64,000 nucleotides of DNA from Candidatus Latescibacterota bacterium (GTDB taxonomy: Bacteria > Latescibacterota > UBA2968 > GCA-2709665). Below, in pieces: positions 59,758 to 64,000 of the stretch (within the stretch, counting starts at the first letter, position 1; each line of letters starts with the position of its first letter). The notes beneath the pieces were generated by a model. It was not told where the DNA came from and did not search any database. It saw nothing but the letters and a program-made list of their open reading frames with translations. The translations under genes were made by a program, and so were the position numbers. The stretch lies in NCBI GenBank assembly GCA_965219455.1, contig OZ244744.1, positions 3,552,001-3,616,000 of the forward strand, given 5' to 3'.

Positions 59758-60144
59758 TCATGATCGCCCTTCTTCCGATTCTGCCAGTCGACTCTTGCCG
59801 GTTTCGGTGAGTCTGTATTTCTGCAACCGACTGTTGGGTTTTTCTGGAATTGTGTATTCGATCAGCTTGTCATCCATCAAGAGGCGAATCGCCTCGTTGA
59901 GCCGGCCCGATACGGATTTGTGGCCCAAACCGTTCGAAATCTCGGATCTGGACCTGGGAGTGTGTCGGAGTATCGATAGTATTCGTTGCTCTATGCCCTT
60001 TGCCCTCGATTTCTGCCTTGACTCTTGCTTTAGCCCGGTGCGGGTTCCCACCTGTGAGGTTGGCCTTTGGAACGTTGTCGTCACCCACGAGTCTGACACT
60101 TCGACCACCGGCTCTGCCACTCCGTGTTCGCGGCACTTACGCAC
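59758..60144 (-). pseudogene. Orphan wHTH cassette, copy A4 (in frame)
   Basis: CREHGVAEP...QESRQKSR...QKYRLT continuous ORF lacking the N-terminal domains. Confidence 0.75.
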
Positions 60145-60225
60145 CGACGTGAATTTAACCCGCCTTTGCCTTAAGATTTCGCTGGATTCCCCGTCCCTGA
60201 CGCATTGGTGAGGAGAGCAATAGTC

Positions 60226-61194
60226 TCACATGTCCAGTGTGAGTTGCCGAAGATCGTCGGACACCTCCATCTTGAAAACGTCAATGGTCGGATCTCCAGG
60301 CGTGGATATCGCGAAGCGATATTCGCTTTGATAAGCGAACTCCGTTCGTTTGGTAAACCAGGCTCTTGAAGCGCCGTGGATGTCCACCCAATCGTCTTGC
60401 GTCTCTATCACGCCCGATTCGTCCTCGTAGTTAACTGGGCCGTGATAAACCTGCACAACCGTGTCGATGTTTCGAACTCCTTCTTGTTTCCACAAGTTGG
60501 TACTGTAATTGGATCTGGCGTAACCCAGAATGTCGGGAGTCCGCAGCTTGAAGTGTTCGCCCTTGTCGACCTGCAAAGCAAAGTCGACACCCAACCACAT
60601 CGCGAAACCATCTACATCCTTGATCTCGGTAGCCGCGTCGTAGTCAAATTCGTCCGCAAACTTGGATCTGAGCTGTCTATGAACGCGATGAGATTGGACA
60701 TGAGAAGTGCAATACACCCAGGGTTCGCTGGATGACGAGAAGACAGCCTCCGCCTTGATGCTGCCACCTGGGAAACGACTGCGCATCCAGGGTCCGGCGT
60801 CTCTTGTGAGTGTGCTGTCATATGGATCTGCGATTCCCTTCGGTAGCTTCTCATGATCTCGATAGTACGAGGGCGTGCTAAGCCAGAGCTCCTTCGCTCG
60901 ACACGGCCTATCGCGATATTTCGAGAATTTCACCACCTTCCCGACGCGTGACTGGAATCCCGTGCGATAGTCCACTCGGTAGACGTAGATCATATGACAT
61001 TGCTTTCGTTCGGCATCGAAAACAGTGAAGCCGTCGGCAATCTCCGGCGTCGGAGATGTAAAACGTCGAACGCCCGTCACCCGGCGCGTGATCTCTCTGT
61101 TCGCGTCGTTAAATTGCTCCAAGACGCTCGCAGGTTTCCGAATGATCAAAACCCCATTCGACCGACGCCAATATTTCTGACCGTTCGATTCCAT
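60226..61194 (-). CDS. Hypothetical protein, ART-fold/DUF2971-like, paralog 2
   Basis: 322 aa, colinear with 45032-46000 with no gaps. Confidence 0.7.
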   Translation of the reverse strand: MESNGQKYWRRSNGVLIIRKPASVLEQFNDANREITRRVTGVRRFTSPTPEIADGFTVFDAERKQCHMIYVYRVDYRTGFQSRVGKVVKFSKYRDRPCRAKELWLSTPSYYRDHEKLPKGIADPYDSTLTRDAGPWMRSRFPGGSIKAEAVFSSSSEPWVYCTSHVQSHRVHRQLRSKFADEFDYDAATEIKDVDGFAMWLGVDFALQVDKGEHFKLRTPDILGYARSNYSTNLWKQEGVRNIDTVVQVYHGPVNYEDESGVIETQDDWVDIHGASRAWFTKRTEFAYQSEYRFAISTPGDPTIDVFKMEVSDDLRQLTLDM

Positions 61195-61398
61195 TACCTG
61201 ATAGGAAGTTGATGGTTGTCAGATAGTCTACATTCAACCTGTCGACACATTTCAAATGACGAGTCGCGCGAACGGTATCCTGCCCGGGATATCCAGACAC
61301 TCTCCAATCGACACCACATAGAATGCCGTGTGGACGAACAGGGCGTTTGGGAATGACGTCTCACGCATCGGTCACGAGGGGTGTCCTCAGACATGGCC

Positions 61399-62454
61399 TC
61401 ATGCTTTTGGATCAAGAACATTGTATTCTGTGTCGATGCGGCGATACCAGAGCGGAAAGCCGAATTGATCACGAAGAAGGCGCAGGTAAGCTCTACTGTC
61501 CGAATCCAATTCCGCTTCGCCGACCACGATCATTTCGCTTGCGCGGTCATCCGAAGGCCAGTGGCAGTATTCGATAAGTTAGCCCAACGCGGCACGTACG
61601 CACGACCGAACGGTGGAGGCAACCTTCACTTCATAGAATGTCTCTTTGCCGTTGCGTCGGACGACGCCATCGACTCTGACCCCCAACTCGAGAGGACGCT
61701 CCATCCGGACGTTTTTGTCACCCGCTTCCCGGCACAGGTGCTTATACAACGCCAACTGGAGTGTGTTATGCCGCAACGCCACATCTACCGTCTGTCCAGT
61801 TTGGCGAGCGGCAGTTCTCTCTATGAAGGCCGGGCACCCCGGAGTGAAATCCGGCTGGATCATGTACCGCGTTCTATGGTCTGCTCCTTCAACATGCAGA
61901 TATAGTGGAAGTAAACGGTCAAACGCAGAAAGAATGTCGCCGACATTCACCCGATCCTGTGCAACTCTTCTGCCTAACATGATGAAAATACCCGGTTTTA
62001 TCAATTCATCCCCAATTGAACCAACTGGTCGATCCTCGCTTCGTGGTCCCTTATTTCCCTTTGTCTTTTTGTAGTGCCACATTGAAAAACCGGCGAAATC
62101 CTCGTGATGTTCATTCACATAACTGTTGAATCGTCGAATCTTAGGGAACAACGGATCAATCTTCGGAAGCCTCTGGCTCAACTCAAGTGAAAATGCAATA
62201 CCGTATCGAATCATTTCGACATCATGGATCAGTTCTTGCCCGATGTTGAACTGTATTTCATCTCTACCGCCCAGATGAAATGCGTACCAATGCCCGTCCT
62301 TATTCACTCTGATACTCTTTTTCCCGAATATACCTCTGCGGGGCGCACGCTTTAGTCCACGTAGACGTTTCCGTATCATTTGAAGACTTCCAATCTCGAA
62401 ATCATCATCGATAGCGTGGCGATTTAGTTCATCGGCAAGCTCAGAAATCTTCAT
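61399..62454 (-). pseudogene. PD-(D/E)XK nuclease-domain protein with one in-frame TAA
   Basis: RVD...FYEVK...RAALG*LIEY (expected GQLxEY); frame stays open to TGA at 61399-61401; GGAGG RBS. Confidence 0.75.
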
Positions 62455-62737
62455 ACTTCCTCCGTTCCCATCTGGATTGGTCTGAAAAGATGTGATTCGT
62501 GCCAGCGATAGCTCGATTTGTAAATATCAGGATGTCGGAACTCAAGGTAAAGCCTCTCGGCGTAAGGAATCCTGCTACACTCGAGAACACGCTCGACACG
62601 ACCGGCTGTCGCTACCGTGTTATCAACGTCGTGGATCCTGTGTGACGGGCAGCGTGCCAACGGTCTAGGTACAATTGTGCCGTCCATTTCGTGGTCACGG
62701 AATTTTCAAGCCGGTCGCCTTTTTCTTATGTTCATAA

Positions 62738-64000
62738 TTATCGGTCTTCCAGTCGCAACAGATCATCTGCGCCCAGGATGTTCTTCTCAGCCATCTTGTC
62801 AATCACGTCGAGGATCCTCTCGCGTAGATCCGGTAGGTCCTCGGAGTTTCTGTACTCCCGAATTAAAAGCTTCTCTATGCCGTAGTAGGAATCTCGATCT
62901 GCATCTCCGCAATTCCGCGCAATGACTTCGCTCGCTTCCAGCACAAGCTCCGTTACGTCGTGCGAAGTCTTTTCCAGGTATCTGATGATCTCATCGGCGT
63001 TGTCCGCGTCGTCCGTGAACGCTGCCGATCGGATGAAAGCTTCCGCCAAGTCTGAGAAAGCCGCAATTTCATTCTCAGGTATCCCCCGGAATACCTCTGC
63101 GGCAGCGTTCCGGACCTCCAGGACATCGTGTGAGAAAAGCTGACTGAGTTCTGATATTGCCATAGTGCGATTTTCCGTATCCGCAACATTCTCACAGAGG
63201 ATCGAAGCCCACAGTTTTGAGTGGGCGGGCGACCGCCGGTCAATGCCTTGGAACCGGTTTTTGGTGTTGCCCTGCCTCAGTCGTTCTGCAAGCGCCCACC
63301 ATACTCCGACCAGATGCAACGTGCGATCCGGTGAGCCAATCAACCTTTCCATCAACTCCAGAGCGAGGTCCGGTAAATCACGTTCTATGACATAAAAGAG
63401 TTCGACGCCTGCGTTTGTTGCAAGTGGCTGGAGAGCAGTAATCTCGTCACGAATGCCGGCTATCGGTTTTGTGAGACGCTTAAGGCATACCCAGAACCGA
63501 TCCCGATCATGGCGGTATAGTGGAATGAGAGCGTACAGCATCATCGTCCGCACCGACGTCGAGATCTCTGCGGCTGACTGGCACTCGACGAGAGTCCATA
63601 AATCGGCCGCGCGATCAGCTTGGTGGGCCACAACTTGCCCCAATACTTGCCACGCCACACCGCGAACGGAATCGATCCCGTTTTGGTAAATATGTCTATT
63701 TGCTTGAACCAGATCATCGATTAAGGCGAATTCGCAGGGATCTTCGTTTTCGTTTCGCGTGAATTCATCACATACATCTCCGTGCGTCGCGTACCAGAGC
63801 AACGCTTGGAAGACGTTATCATCTCGCGCGCAAGAAGGGTGGCGTTCGATAATGTGGACGATCTGCATTCCGAATCGCTGTTCCGGATAGGCGTGAGCGA
63901 CCTGGAGGGCCGCCATTGTGGCGCCCTCATCCACCTGTTCCGCCGCTGCAAGTCCTTGAAGTAGATGCTGGCCATTTATAGGATTGGCACATCGGGGCAA
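62738..64000 (-). CDS. C-terminal helical-repeat region of a large protein (possibly STAND/NACHT-type); start outside window
   Basis: Open for at least 420 aa; GIDSVRG motif and HEAT-like repeats; no NTPase motif visible in window. Confidence 0.55.
   Translation of the reverse strand: MPRCANPINGQHLLQGLAAAEQVDEGATMAALQVAHAYPEQRFGMQIVHIIERHPSCARDDNVFQALLWYATHGDVCDEFTRNENEDPCEFALIDDLVQANRHIYQNGIDSVRGVAWQVLGQVVAHQADRAADLWTLVECQSAAEISTSVRTMMLYALIPLYRHDRDRFWVCLKRLTKPIAGIRDEITALQPLATNAGVELFYVIERDLPDLALELMERLIGSPDRTLHLVGVWWALAERLRQGNTKNRFQGIDRRSPAHSKLWASILCENVADTENRTMAISELSQLFSHDVLEVRNAAAEVFRGIPENEIAAFSDLAEAFIRSAAFTDDADNADEIIRYLEKTSHDVTELVLEASEVIARNCGDADRDSYYGIEKLLIREYRNSEDLPDLRERILDVIDKMAEKNILGADDLLRLEDR

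Noticed and set aside
1-64000. tRNA, rRNA or cobalamin riboswitch
   Set aside because: No convincing cloverleaf, rRNA signature or B12-box seen by eye; an Infernal/tRNAscan run would be needed to exclude them

Overview
A GC-rich bacterial window in two parts. Positions 1-38,000 are mostly intact genes: a B12-binding mutase subunit with meaB, an XamI-family restriction-modification pair, a GDP-sugar cluster, LysR/fumC/frdABCD, several PLP enzymes, a secreted metzincin-WD40-dockerin protein, a complete IS1380 element, an M16 peptidase, two PhyH dioxygenases and an RND efflux operon. Positions 38,100-64,000 form a scrambled accessory/defence island, almost all on the minus strand. It holds toxin-antitoxin genes (DUF4258/YgiT, DUF2283, Panacea + PemK-like), an AAA-DUF4143 ATPase, a group IIC intron behind a terminator, two paralogous ADP-ribosyltransferase-like proteins, a nonsense-inactivated nuclease, and at least seven families of re-shuffled repeat modules. 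The most unusual signals are: (1) 19-33 nt CCTG...CAGG hairpins seen inserted into a gene and into each other; (2) five orphan C-terminal HTH cassettes sharing one conserved 5' motif, with a frame-altering tandem repeat; (3) a triple 23-bp-period operator-like motif present five times; (4) the ART-like pair. The dockerin/WD40/PhyH repertoire resembles Latescibacterota/Poribacteria-like bacteria (inference only). All family calls are by motif recognition; no searches were run.
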